DNA of 64,000 bases from Pseudomonadota bacterium (GCA_039799905.1 JBDLRP010000034.1:64001-128000); one strand, 5' to 3'. Positions 1 through 8,828 are shown, counted from the stretch's first letter. Numbers and translations: made by a program. Notes: generated by a model not told the origin, from the letters alone.

Positions 1-1
1 G

Positions 2-895
2 CCGCAGGAAATTTCTATGGCCTCGGACATCCAGCAGTGGAAGAGCAACGGTGTTTTGACTGCCGACGAAAAGCACCTCATCAAGAAGATTCTCAGCTTC
101 TTCGCAAACACCGATGTTCTCGTGGGCGACAACATCGTGATGTCGATTTATCGCCATCTGACCAATCCGGAGGTCCGCCAGTACCTGTGTGGTCAGGCCT
201 TTCAGGAAAGCATCCACTCATGGTCATACGCGCACATCGTTGAGTCGCTGTCGATGGATCAGAAGGAAGTCTTTTCTGAGTTCAAGCGTTTTGGAACCAT
301 CAAGGACAAGCACGACTTTCAGTCGTCGTTTCTCAATGGCGTGATGAGCCCGTCGTTCTCCACCGAGACTTTGGCCGGCAAAAAGACCTTCCTTGAAAAT
401 CTCTGCGCATATTATTTGGGCATGGAAGGAATGCAGTTCTACAGCGCGTTTGTGCTGCTGTTGAACTTCAAGCGGCGCAACTTGATGGTCGGTTCTGCCG
501 AGCAGCTCGAGTATATTGTCCGCGATGAGTCGTTGCACTGCCGCTTCGGAACCAAGCTCATCAATCAGTTCATCGTCGAAAATCCAGAAGCGTGGACACC
601 TGAGGTCAAGGAAGCCGTGCGCGCCAACATTGCGCGGGTCGTTGATCTTGAGGACGCTTTTGTTGCCGATTGTCTGCCGCGTGACATTGTCGGCATGAGC
701 AAAGAGCAGTTCTCGGTCTATATCCGTTACATTGCCGATCGCCGCTTGGAATCGGTCGGACTTGAGCCATTCTATGGTGTCGATGACACGCCGTTCCCGT
801 GGATGAACGAAATCATGGACCTTCCCAAGGAAAAGAACTTCTTCGAAAGCCGAGTAACGGAATACCAGGCTTCGGTGTCGCTCGACTGGAACTGA
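2..895 (+). CDS. nrdB: Ribonucleotide reductase class Ia beta (R2) subunit, 5'-truncated by window
   Basis: Frame is open from base 2 (PQEISMASD). Diiron ligands FFANTD, QESIHSWSY (radical Tyr), EGMQFY and RDESLH are present; C-terminus KNFFESRVTEYQ. Confidence 0.95.
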   Translation, partial: PQEISMASDIQQWKSNGVLTADEKHLIKKILSFFANTDVLVGDNIVMSIYRHLTNPEVRQYLCGQAFQESIHSWSYAHIVESLSMDQKEVFSEFKRFGTIKDKHDFQSSFLNGVMSPSFSTETLAGKKTFLENLCAYYLGMEGMQFYSAFVLLLNFKRRNLMVGSAEQLEYIVRDESLHCRFGTKLINQFIVENPEAWTPEVKEAVRANIARVVDLEDAFVADCLPRDIVGMSKEQFSVYIRYIADRRLESVGLEPFYGVDDTPFPWMNEIMDLPKEKNFFESRVTEYQASVSLDWN

Positions 896-1102
896 GTGGG
901 CGCTTCGTCGCTGGAAAGCGTCAGCTTTCCTCATTTGCGGCGAGCGTTATTCATTCCGCATCGTAAGACTCACGCCAGCCGTTGCTGCCTGCCTCGACTT
1001 TGAAACGCATCAATACTAGAGAGTCTTAACCGAACTCCCCATCATCCCGTTTAGGGGTGGTGGGGATTCGAGCTTTGGAGACTTTTTCGGGGAGGCGTAT
1101 TT

Positions 1103-1660
1103 ATGTCAAAGGTTTCTTGGGTTGCAATATTCTCGTCAGCAATTGCTTTGGGTTCGGCATTTCTGCCTTCGAGCGGTTATGCCGGTGAGTCAGCCAGCGC
1201 GGCCACGCCTGTAAGCGTCAACACGCAAAGCAAAAGAATTTACTTTATACTTGGCTCGCTGCTTCGGTCGATTCCTGTCAGTGATCTGGAGATCTTCGCT
1301 GCCGAAGGCATTGCCCGCGGAGATATCGGCAATCTACTGAAATTTGGCAAAGTTGATGCGCAAAACCTGCGCGACCAACTTAACAAAGAGTATCTGCTCG
1401 ATTTCCTCCTAGTGAGTCAGGCACTCAACGATTCCGTCGGCGTTGCATTGCTGAGTAAACTTGGCGAAGGCTTGCATCCGCTCCGAAACACATCTACGTC
1501 CGTTCAGGCTCTGCGTTCAGCCATTGTTAAGTCGCTTGAAGACGACAACACACTGACCCCATTGGAAGTTCTAAAGAACATTCCCGTCGACATGGCCATC
1601 GAAATTGACGTTATTTTGAAGATGAAGGATGAGCTCACGGCACTCTTCCCACAGGAGTGA
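1103..1660 (+). CDS. Secreted DUF1400-like (alpha/beta hydrolase-associated) domain protein
   Basis: SD GGGGAGG upstream; signal peptide; RIYFILGSLLRSIPVSDLEIFA ... QALRSAI ... LTPLEVLKNIP resembles the DUF1400 pattern. Confidence 0.65.
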   Translation: MSKVSWVAIFSSAIALGSAFLPSSGYAGESASAATPVSVNTQSKRIYFILGSLLRSIPVSDLEIFAAEGIARGDIGNLLKFGKVDAQNLRDQLNKEYLLDFLLVSQALNDSVGVALLSKLGEGLHPLRNTSTSVQALRSAIVKSLEDDNTLTPLEVLKNIPVDMAIEIDVILKMKDELTALFPQE

Positions 1661-1667
1661 ATCCTGT

Positions 1668-3317
1668 TCAGTTTGCGGTTGCCGATGCACAGCCTGCGGG
1701 ATCTGTTTCCAACCAATAGGAAAATGCCTCAATCGGCTTTTGGTTGAGAAACAAGTTGTCCGCGGCCAACGCTTTTGGAGTTCCATCAGCGTTGGTTGCT
1801 GAAGTGCTCACACCCACCAGACTGTTAAACCATGCAAAATCACCGTGCATGGTGTTGGGTTTGAGAAGCGTTTTACCGCCGTCAACAGAGTAGGGCGGCT
1901 GCGCTATTGTACCAAGTGATGTCAGCTGCACACCGGCCGGCAGGCTCAGGTTGTTTTGCTGTTCCTCGATCAGGTTCTGATTGACAGACGAAAAAATACG
2001 CCCGCCGAACTGACCCTGCGAGATAGGAATTCTCACGTCCAGCGTGCCATGCATGGTGACCATTGAGCCTTTGCCGCCTGTCGCCCAGTTGCGCACTGAG
2101 GCAAGACTCAGCCTCGCGTTGAAGGTGGCATCACGCAGCTGAAGTTTCAGGGCGGCTTGCTGAGCGTTGATGGTGCCGTTGCGATATTCATCCATCAGCG
2201 CGTCAAGCTGGGGCGCGGTCGGCAACGTATAAGCTTCCATCGATTTTGCTGTGCCTTTCACGATGGCGGCAAGAAATGCGCGGAACTCTCCGTAGGTGAA
2301 ATTCGTCGGATTGATGTTTGTAGCGAGGCAGTTGAAGTATTTGGGTTGAGAGTAAACTTGCGAACCAGTGCGCAGGTTTGCCTCGAGCATTGCCGAGTTT
2401 TTTGCCAGTGCGATGAGTGCCGCCATTCCTCCGCGAGATGAGCCTGCCATGTATGAAACCGGAACGCTGCCAACCGAAAGACCCGCGGGTGTTTGCGTTT
2501 TAATTTTCTGTGTGACGGTGGTGTTGAAGTTTGGCAGAGCGTTGGCTGTCACGACGCAATTGTGAGCCGCAAGCAGATCTTCAGCATCCGTGCTGTAGGG
2601 GGCAGAGACACCCACTGCGTCGAAATAGCGGCCCTGAGCGTCGCAGCCGGTTTTGTCGCTGCCGCTGGTTCCGAACTTGCAGATTGGTTCACCCGGGAAT
2701 GCGGGAGCCACGACGATGTGTTTGGATTGAAGGTCACCGAAAATGGCGGCGACTTCCAGTGCGCTGAGGCCGCGGTCACCGGCATGTGAGTAGGCCACGA
2801 CAGGAAAGGTCTTTCCGGATTCAGTGGGCACCGATACCAGCGCTCCGTAAACCAGTGGATCGGCATTTCCGTCGGCCGCTCTCCGCCGGTACTTCATCAG
2901 GTACCACTTCGCCGTTTTGATCTCCGTTGGAAATATATCTGGCAATTTGATTGCTTTTGCACTTCCGAGTTCATCGAAGGAATCCACACCGGCACAATCC
3001 GTTGCTGCGGCAGTTTTGAGGTGTTCGGCTGCAAGCTTTTCTGTGAGAGATTTATACGCGGCACTGCCCTCGCTCGTTGAATCAAAAAATCCGCTCGCAG
3101 TGTAGAGCGATTGATTGGATCCGTCGGTCGGAATTTTGAGCTCTGCAGCAAGGTCGCTCCAGCGCTGATTGGCATCGCGCACCACGGGGTCGGCAAAATC
3201 TTCGGGTGTGATCTCGCTGGCTGGTTTGGGCAGCGCCGAATTCTCCAGCTTCTTGCCGCATGCGACTGCAAAGAGAGAAAAGGCTGAAGCGAAGACAAGA
3301 GCATTTTTCCGTTGCAT
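1668..3317 (-). CDS. Lipoprotein with alpha/beta-hydrolase (esterase/lipase-like) fold
   Basis: Start moved to ATG 3317 (GGGGTG upstream); lipobox FAVAC; FPVVAYSHAG, nucleophile elbow GSSRGG, HGTLD. Confidence 0.65.
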   Translation of the reverse strand: MQRKNALVFASAFSLFAVACGKKLENSALPKPASEITPEDFADPVVRDANQRWSDLAAELKIPTDGSNQSLYTASGFFDSTSEGSAAYKSLTEKLAAEHLKTAAATDCAGVDSFDELGSAKAIKLPDIFPTEIKTAKWYLMKYRRRAADGNADPLVYGALVSVPTESGKTFPVVAYSHAGDRGLSALEVAAIFGDLQSKHIVVAPAFPGEPICKFGTSGSDKTGCDAQGRYFDAVGVSAPYSTDAEDLLAAHNCVVTANALPNFNTTVTQKIKTQTPAGLSVGSVPVSYMAGSSRGGMAALIALAKNSAMLEANLRTGSQVYSQPKYFNCLATNINPTNFTYGEFRAFLAAIVKGTAKSMEAYTLPTAPQLDALMDEYRNGTINAQQAALKLQLRDATFNARLSLASVRNWATGGKGSMVTMHGTLDVRIPISQGQFGGRIFSSVNQNLIEEQQNNLSLPAGVQLTSLGTIAQPPYSVDGGKTLLKPNTMHGDFAWFNSLVGVSTSATNADGTPKALAADNLFLNQKPIEAFSYWLETDPAGCASATAN

Positions 3318-3422
3318 AGACACCCCGCGTCTGTTGTTCCAGAAAAATTTAGCTGTGCCGTTGTGGTAATGCAAACGTGTTGCGGTAAACTTGCTCCGTT
3401 GCCGATCATGGAGAGAACGCTC

Positions 3423-4691
3423 ATGAAGAAATCTTCACAACGGATGTTTGCTGTGCTCGCGTTGGCTTGTATGCCGGCGTTTCCGATTTTTGCTGCAGAG
3501 TCGTCCACAGATGTCGACCCAGCACCGGCGGGTGAGGGTAAAACTCTTCCAAACAATGTGGCGCGTGTGCGTCTTCCGATGAAGTTTGTTTCGGGAACAT
3601 CGGCATTTTCCTCGCAGGGCAAGAAGGAGGATTCGGGCCTTCAGGTCAGCGCTGCGGCGGGAGCTCTTGTGGTTGAATATGGCGTCTCGGATGCCATCTC
3701 GCTGCAGTTCGTCGCTCCATTTACGGCGCAGAATCAGCTGTCCATGAATGGCGCGGCATTTCAAAAAACCACTGTTTACAAAGAAAAGTTTGATGAGTTT
3801 GTGAACGCTGCTGCTGCCCGTCTCGCTGACGAGGGGTTGTGCTTGTCGCCGGAAGCGTGCGTTGATGAGATTCTCAATAAGAATCTGACGTTCCCTCTGG
3901 ATGCGCCGCTGACTTTGCCCACCGGCGAGACACTCGTCGTGCGTGCCGGAGTTCCCTTAAAGGATGTTGCTGCTTCGCTCGTGACCCGTGCTGCGCTGCC
4001 GGCCAGCGGCCGCACTGGTTTGGGAGATGTTGAACTGGGTGCACTTTTCGCTCTGTCGGACCCTAAGGTCGGTCTCATGAAAAAAGATTGGCCATTCAAT
4101 GTTTCAGTGGGAGCTGGCCTGCGACTGCCGACCGGTTCCTTCACCGATGTTCCCGCAGCACAGCGCGGCACCGGCCGCGGAACTCTTGATTTGGGGCTGC
4201 GGGCCAATGTCGACTGGCACCTGCATCGGTCGGTTGTTGTGTCGTTTCAGAACCAAACAGAATTGATGCTCCTCGCTGGTAAAAAGAAACGTTCATCATT
4301 GCTCGACAGCACGAAATTAAACAGCGCCGATCCGAGCGCTGCAGGCGCGGACGGACTGGCCAACACGTCCGAATACGAGCGTGACGGTGTGCGGCAGATT
4401 GGCTTTGCCAAGGCTGCGTTTGCTTTGGCTTCGCTCGGTGACTCGTTTTCACTTCTGTTGATCAACGGTCAGTGGAAGTACGATTTCGAGAGCAGAACCA
4501 CGTTGGGCAGGCAGGAGTATAATCCTGCTTCCGAGATGCAGTCTCTGCAGGCCGGAGTGACGTTGGATGGGTTGAGGATTCAACTCCCTCTGCAGCTTGA
4601 TGTGGACTACGAAATTCCTGTTGCGGGCAAGAACCGAGTGCTGGCGCCGTCGTCACTGACCACCACGGTCAAGGCGTTTTATCGATTCTAA
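3423..4691 (+). CDS. Outer-membrane beta-barrel transporter (MetA-pathway/phenol-degradation-like family)
   Basis: ATG 3423 after GGAG; signal peptide; GLGDVELG and GLRLPTG motifs; alternating beta-strand pattern; C-terminal YRF beta signal. Confidence 0.6.
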   Translation: MKKSSQRMFAVLALACMPAFPIFAAESSTDVDPAPAGEGKTLPNNVARVRLPMKFVSGTSAFSSQGKKEDSGLQVSAAAGALVVEYGVSDAISLQFVAPFTAQNQLSMNGAAFQKTTVYKEKFDEFVNAAAARLADEGLCLSPEACVDEILNKNLTFPLDAPLTLPTGETLVVRAGVPLKDVAASLVTRAALPASGRTGLGDVELGALFALSDPKVGLMKKDWPFNVSVGAGLRLPTGSFTDVPAAQRGTGRGTLDLGLRANVDWHLHRSVVVSFQNQTELMLLAGKKKRSSLLDSTKLNSADPSAAGADGLANTSEYERDGVRQIGFAKAAFALASLGDSFSLLLINGQWKYDFESRTTLGRQEYNPASEMQSLQAGVTLDGLRIQLPLQLDVDYEIPVAGKNRVLAPSSLTTTVKAFYRF

Positions 4692-4751
4692 AACCGCGGC
4701 GTGTTGCTGCAGAATGGCACTCGTTTGCGCCTTACGGCTGTAAAAAAATAT

Positions 4752-4786
4752 AAGCGCGCAGCGGAGTTGACCGCTGCGCGCTTTTC
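4752..4786. terminator. Bidirectional intrinsic terminator
   Basis: Perfect stem AAGCGCGCAGCGG/CCGCTGCGCGCTT with A-run before and T-run after, between convergent genes. Confidence 0.85.
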
Positions 4787-4804
4787 ACAAAGTCTGCGAC
4801 TCAA

Positions 4805-5410
4805 TTATTTCTTGATGAGCGCAACAGGATAGAGCTTGCTTGGGTAGTTATTTTTCTCACACATGTTGCCGGAGCGGTCGCCAAGGAAAACCTTCTCGCC
4901 GTCCACTTTCACCAGGTCATGCTCGCCTTTGCACTCTTTTGCTGGTTTTGCGCCGAGTTGAGCACAGCCAGTTTTGTGAATGTCATGGGCTTCGCCAACT
5001 TTCCAGTCTTTCTTGCCACAGAATTCAGCTTGGTTCATGAACTGCACTGCGCCTTCCGACTTGGCGGTCAGAGTGCGTGTCTTGAATCCGAAGAATGCAT
5101 TGTGAGCGCCTTCGACAGACTTGGATTGACCGCGCAATTCCCACTTGCCGGCAACGTCAAGCGTGAAGAGCGGCTGGGTGCAGTCTTTGTCGCCGAAAAC
5201 TGTAAAGTCGATCTTCCACTCTTTCTTTGTCATTGGGAAGGTGCGGGTAAAATATGTTTCGCCGCCCTGACCGTTGGGCATTGATTCGCATTTTTCGCTG
5301 GTCCAGTTGCCAGCCAGATTCGGCTTAGCCAGTTTTGTTTCTTTAGCAGCAAAGGCAACGGAACTGACAGCAGCAAGCACAGACAAGGACACCAATTGAA
5401 CTAACTTCAC
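4805..5410 (-). CDS. Secreted APCDD1 (APCDDC)-domain-like protein
   Basis: GTG start with GGAGGT; signal peptide; LAGNWTSEKCE, DCTQPLFTL..AG, W.VG...DI..TGC, VFLGDR, YPS motifs match the APCDD1 domain pattern. Confidence 0.75.
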   Translation of the reverse strand: MKLVQLVSLSVLAAVSSVAFAAKETKLAKPNLAGNWTSEKCESMPNGQGGETYFTRTFPMTKKEWKIDFTVFGDKDCTQPLFTLDVAGKWELRGQSKSVEGAHNAFFGFKTRTLTAKSEGAVQFMNQAEFCGKKDWKVGEAHDIHKTGCAQLGAKPAKECKGEHDLVKVDGEKVFLGDRSGNMCEKNNYPSKLYPVALIKK

Positions 5411-5622
5411 GAATCACCTCCATATAATCTGTTTCAAACAACAGATGCGAAGATTTTAATAACGGCGGTTTCGGGAGAGAAGAGTAGTAATTCACCAGTG
5501 TCAGATAAATGGCGTTTTAGTGGGGGGTATCTGACTGCCTATGGATGCACCGTTTTTTGCGATTGTCGAATCTTTCGACACTGATGTTTCTATTAAATGT
5601 TCGGAACTGTTATGTTTTTTTT

Positions 5623-5638
5623 TGGCACGGTCGATGCT
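5623..5638 (+). promoter_or_regulatory. sigma54 (-24/-12) promoter
   Basis: TGGCACGGTCGATGCT has exact GG-N10-GC spacing, about 40 nt upstream of ATG 5679. Confidence 0.6.
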
Positions 5639-5678
5639 GCTTTTCTTCCAAACAAAGCATCGCATGAGGAGAAGTCAC

Positions 5679-6899
5679 ATGAATCGCAACGCTTCGAAAA
5701 AAGTACTGGCAGGGGTCCGCTTTTCCGCAGGTTTCGCGATCATCTGCTCTTCGCTCGCTTGCGGACGGTTTGCTTCAACTCCTGCGGATTCTTCGGCACA
5801 AGAGTTTCAGGGGCCACAGCTGATGGGCCACGGAATGGAGACACGCACTGTGTCGTTGACCTTCGATGATGGCCCGGGGCCGCGCACTGCTGAGCTGTCG
5901 AGATTTTTGAAGGCAGAGGGAGTTCGCGGAACATTTTTTGTTCAGGGAAATCAGGTTGCGCGTTATCCCGAGGTAGTCAAACAGCTACAGCAGGACGGCC
6001 ACCTCGTTGCCAACCACACCTACACCCATCCGCGCATGACTCAGGCAACAGATCCAGTCGATGAAGTGCGCCGGTCTGATGAACTCATTAAGGCATACGT
6101 CGACAAAGGACATTTTCTCTTCAGAGCTCCTTACGGAGACTGGAACGGGCGCGTAGCCAACGTCCTCAATGCTGCAGGACTGACAAAGTATGTGGGTTCA
6201 GTTTTTTGGGACATCGGCGGTGAGCGTATTGAACGTGCCGACGGAAGTTTAGCGGCAGCTGCCGATTGGGCCTGCTGGAGTTATGGCGACAGTGTTGAAC
6301 GCTGTTTGGACGGTTACATCAATGAGACTCTGGACAACAACAAAGGCATCATTCTTCTCCATGACGTCCACAGTCGCACAATCGACATGACCAAGTTGAT
6401 GGTCAAGAAGCTCAAGGAAGAAGGTTTTGAGTTTATCCGCACGGATGATGCTCCCACTGTCGCAGATGCGTTGGCGCGTCGTTCGACAACCGGCGACAAA
6501 CCGGCGCCGGCACCTGCCGAACTGCACTGTCCAAACGGCTTTGCCGTGACACAGGTTGGACAGTCGGGTGCGATGCTTTGTCTTTCCGAAAAGGAAGCGC
6601 AAGGGCCATTCACGCAGGGAATGCAGGATGCATGCCGCCAAAAGGGTGGTGGTGACGCATGTGCCAATGCGCGTTGGTCGCGCGGAATGGCCGTCTGGGT
6701 GCATGGCAGCGGCCGCTGTCCGGTTGGTGCAACATTCGATTCTTCGCTCAATGCGTGTGTCGAAGGCGAGAATGCGTTTGGCCCGTTCAGCAAAAAGCAG
6801 GTGAAACTCTGCCGTGAAATGAGCGCGAATCCAGACTCTCCCGTCTGCCAGAGCAACCGCTGGAGCCGCGCATTTCTGTCGGGAATTGTTCTCCGCTGA
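5679..6899 (+). CDS. Polysaccharide/peptidoglycan deacetylase (NodB/CE4) lipoprotein with C-terminal Cys-rich repeats
   Basis: SD GAGGAG before ATG 5679; lipobox SLAC; TFDDGP, NHTYTH, RAPYG, LLHD. Confidence 0.9.
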   Translation: MNRNASKKVLAGVRFSAGFAIICSSLACGRFASTPADSSAQEFQGPQLMGHGMETRTVSLTFDDGPGPRTAELSRFLKAEGVRGTFFVQGNQVARYPEVVKQLQQDGHLVANHTYTHPRMTQATDPVDEVRRSDELIKAYVDKGHFLFRAPYGDWNGRVANVLNAAGLTKYVGSVFWDIGGERIERADGSLAAAADWACWSYGDSVERCLDGYINETLDNNKGIILLHDVHSRTIDMTKLMVKKLKEEGFEFIRTDDAPTVADALARRSTTGDKPAPAPAELHCPNGFAVTQVGQSGAMLCLSEKEAQGPFTQGMQDACRQKGGGDACANARWSRGMAVWVHGSGRCPVGATFDSSLNACVEGENAFGPFSKKQVKLCREMSANPDSPVCQSNRWSRAFLSGIVLR

Positions 6900-6986
6900 G
6901 TGATGGAAGACGGCGATCTGCCCGTATGGTCGCTGCGAGTTTTTTCCAAATGGGAATGTTATCAACATCTGTTTTGGGTGGTGTCT

Positions 6987-7910
6987 ATGAAGACTCATAA
7001 TTACGTGATTGTGTTCGTCAGTTTGGCTCCTGCTTTGACGCTCCTCGCGGCATGCAAACAGATGGCGCTCGAGTCGTCTTCAGTGTCTACTCTTGATGCT
7101 CCTGGCCTGCAGGTCTCTGAACTGTTGACTGCAAACGAAAATACCACGCTCAAAGCTTCTCTGATGCAGTCGTCGACTTTGGGCACAGATCAGATTTGTC
7201 CAATTCCGCAGGGAACAATTCTGACTGCAGGTTCAATCAAGCCAGAGGGAATCGATCACTGGCGGGTTTTCAAAATCACTCAAGTCAAATTGCCCAGTGG
7301 CGAGGTTGGTCGTGTGGCCACGGCAGGAGTTCCGGCCGATCCGCAATCTGCTGAGACGGTAAAAACGCCCGCTGAGTTGTTGTCGTGTGATCTACTGAAG
7401 AACGACAGTCTTCTCGTATTTTCGCCGCACTTCAGCAGGCAAAAAGAGCAGCGCACTCAATCTCCTTCGCCCGATCAGGTGCGCGAGGTGGACGGCGGTG
7501 ACGACGGAACCTATGGCTGGCCGACCCGCGGCCGAAAGATCCGCAACGACTCGGGCGGCAGCGGTCATTTCAATGCACCGCGCGCATCGGGCCGCGGTCA
7601 TCAGGGAATTGATATTGTTGCGGCGGTTGGAGAACCTGTCTATGCCACCCGCTCGGGGTCGATTGTCGATCCATCCTATGAATACTCATACGGTAAAGTT
7701 CTCGACGTCAAACATGGCGACGGTTATTCAAGTCGGTATGCCCATCTGACGACGTTCAGTTACAGTCACGGCGCATATGTTGAAAAAGGCGACAAGATTG
7801 CGACAGCGGGGCGCACCGGCAATGCTTCGGGGCCATCCATCACGCCGCATCTTCACTTTGAAATCAGACGCAACGGCAGCGTCATCAATCCGCTTTCCAA
7901 ATTGCCTTGA
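6987..7910 (+). CDS. M23 family metallopeptidase lipoprotein
   Basis: Lipobox LLAAC; HQGID, YAHL and HLHFE zinc motifs. Confidence 0.9.
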   Translation: MKTHNYVIVFVSLAPALTLLAACKQMALESSSVSTLDAPGLQVSELLTANENTTLKASLMQSSTLGTDQICPIPQGTILTAGSIKPEGIDHWRVFKITQVKLPSGEVGRVATAGVPADPQSAETVKTPAELLSCDLLKNDSLLVFSPHFSRQKEQRTQSPSPDQVREVDGGDDGTYGWPTRGRKIRNDSGGSGHFNAPRASGRGHQGIDIVAAVGEPVYATRSGSIVDPSYEYSYGKVLDVKHGDGYSSRYAHLTTFSYSHGAYVEKGDKIATAGRTGNASGPSITPHLHFEIRRNGSVINPLSKLP

Positions 7911-7913
7911 TCT

Positions 7914-8828
7914 CTAGAACGAGCAGGAACAGCTCAATTCGGTGAGTGCGGGCGAGGCACTGTTGCAGATCATCTTGCCCGTCTGCGCGGCGCGTATGCG
8001 GCTGTTGCTGAATTCCGCACGTTCGACTTCCTCTGTGGAAACGTCAGCCGGATTGAAGGGGCGGTCGGCCAGCGACATGCTGCGCGTCGCAGGAAGGCCT
8101 CCTTCCGCCAATGTCTTCTTTTCCCATGCACTCACAAATGCCTTGGCTTCCTCCCAACTCATTTCCGGGTTGTCCGGAAAAATTGATGTGCCGTACCCGT
8201 CCGGATTTTGAAGCGGAAAAGAATATCCTACAACCGCATAGCGAGGAGGCATTTCAAAATTCCAACGAATTGAAATCTGAATTCCCTTTTCTCCAATTTT
8301 CCAGAATTGATTCCAGTCGATGACGTGCGCGGATGATGCCGGCCAACGTGAAAGCGAGTCGGTGTGCGTGAAAGGTTCCGCCCAGCGGGCAGGGTGATCG
8401 GCTGCGCCTTGCGCACGCGGATGCTTTGCGCAGGCCGGCTTGAAAGACAAACGTTGAGCTTCGAGTCCGCTGAGGGCCTGATGATCCGAGCCCCAATTGA
8501 CAGGTTTGAAAAAATTCGCACGCGAGAAGGCGGTTTCGTCGCTGAGCTGACCGTTTTCGATCTTTTGCCGCGTTTCGTCATTCTCATTGCCCGAGCTGCC
8601 GTCGCCGGTTTGGCCCGAGCTGACGTTGTTCTGCAGACTTTTGCCGCTTGTCAGTCCTGTCGGGTCATTGTCGGCGCTGCTTCCCTGCCTCCTGTCGTAA
8701 TCCGAAAGGCCGGATTCGCTGTTTCCGCTCTCCTTCTCTCGATCTTGCAACAAAATACCGGCGGAAACGGCAACCGCCAAAAGAAGAATTCCTGCGGTGA
8801 TTTTAATCTTGTTTTGGGAAGTGGGCAT
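7914..8828 (-). CDS. Hypothetical membrane-anchored protein
   Basis: 304 aa ORF; N-terminal hydrophobic helix, Ser/Gly/Asp-rich linker, globular C-terminus ending CSCSF. Confidence 0.6.
   Translation of the reverse strand: MPTSQNKIKITAGILLLAVAVSAGILLQDREKESGNSESGLSDYDRRQGSSADNDPTGLTSGKSLQNNVSSGQTGDGSSGNENDETRQKIENGQLSDETAFSRANFFKPVNWGSDHQALSGLEAQRLSFKPACAKHPRAQGAADHPARWAEPFTHTDSLSRWPASSAHVIDWNQFWKIGEKGIQISIRWNFEMPPRYAVVGYSFPLQNPDGYGTSIFPDNPEMSWEEAKAFVSAWEKKTLAEGGLPATRSMSLADRPFNPADVSTEEVERAEFSNSRIRAAQTGKMICNSASPALTELSCSCSF

Noticed and set aside
2..895. Non-canonical R2 (class Ic or metal-free Ie)
   Set aside because: Asp first ligand, all Glu/His ligands and the radical Tyr are present, as in ordinary class Ia.
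4715..4728. TGGCAC...TTGC sigma54-like motif
   Set aside because: GG-N9-GC spacing is wrong, and it lies between convergent gene ends.
6897..6986. In-frame TGA between deacetylase and M23 ORFs (readthrough or selenocysteine fusion?)
   Set aside because: The M23 protein has its own lipoprotein signal from ATG 6987; 29 open codons is plausible by chance; no clear SECIS.
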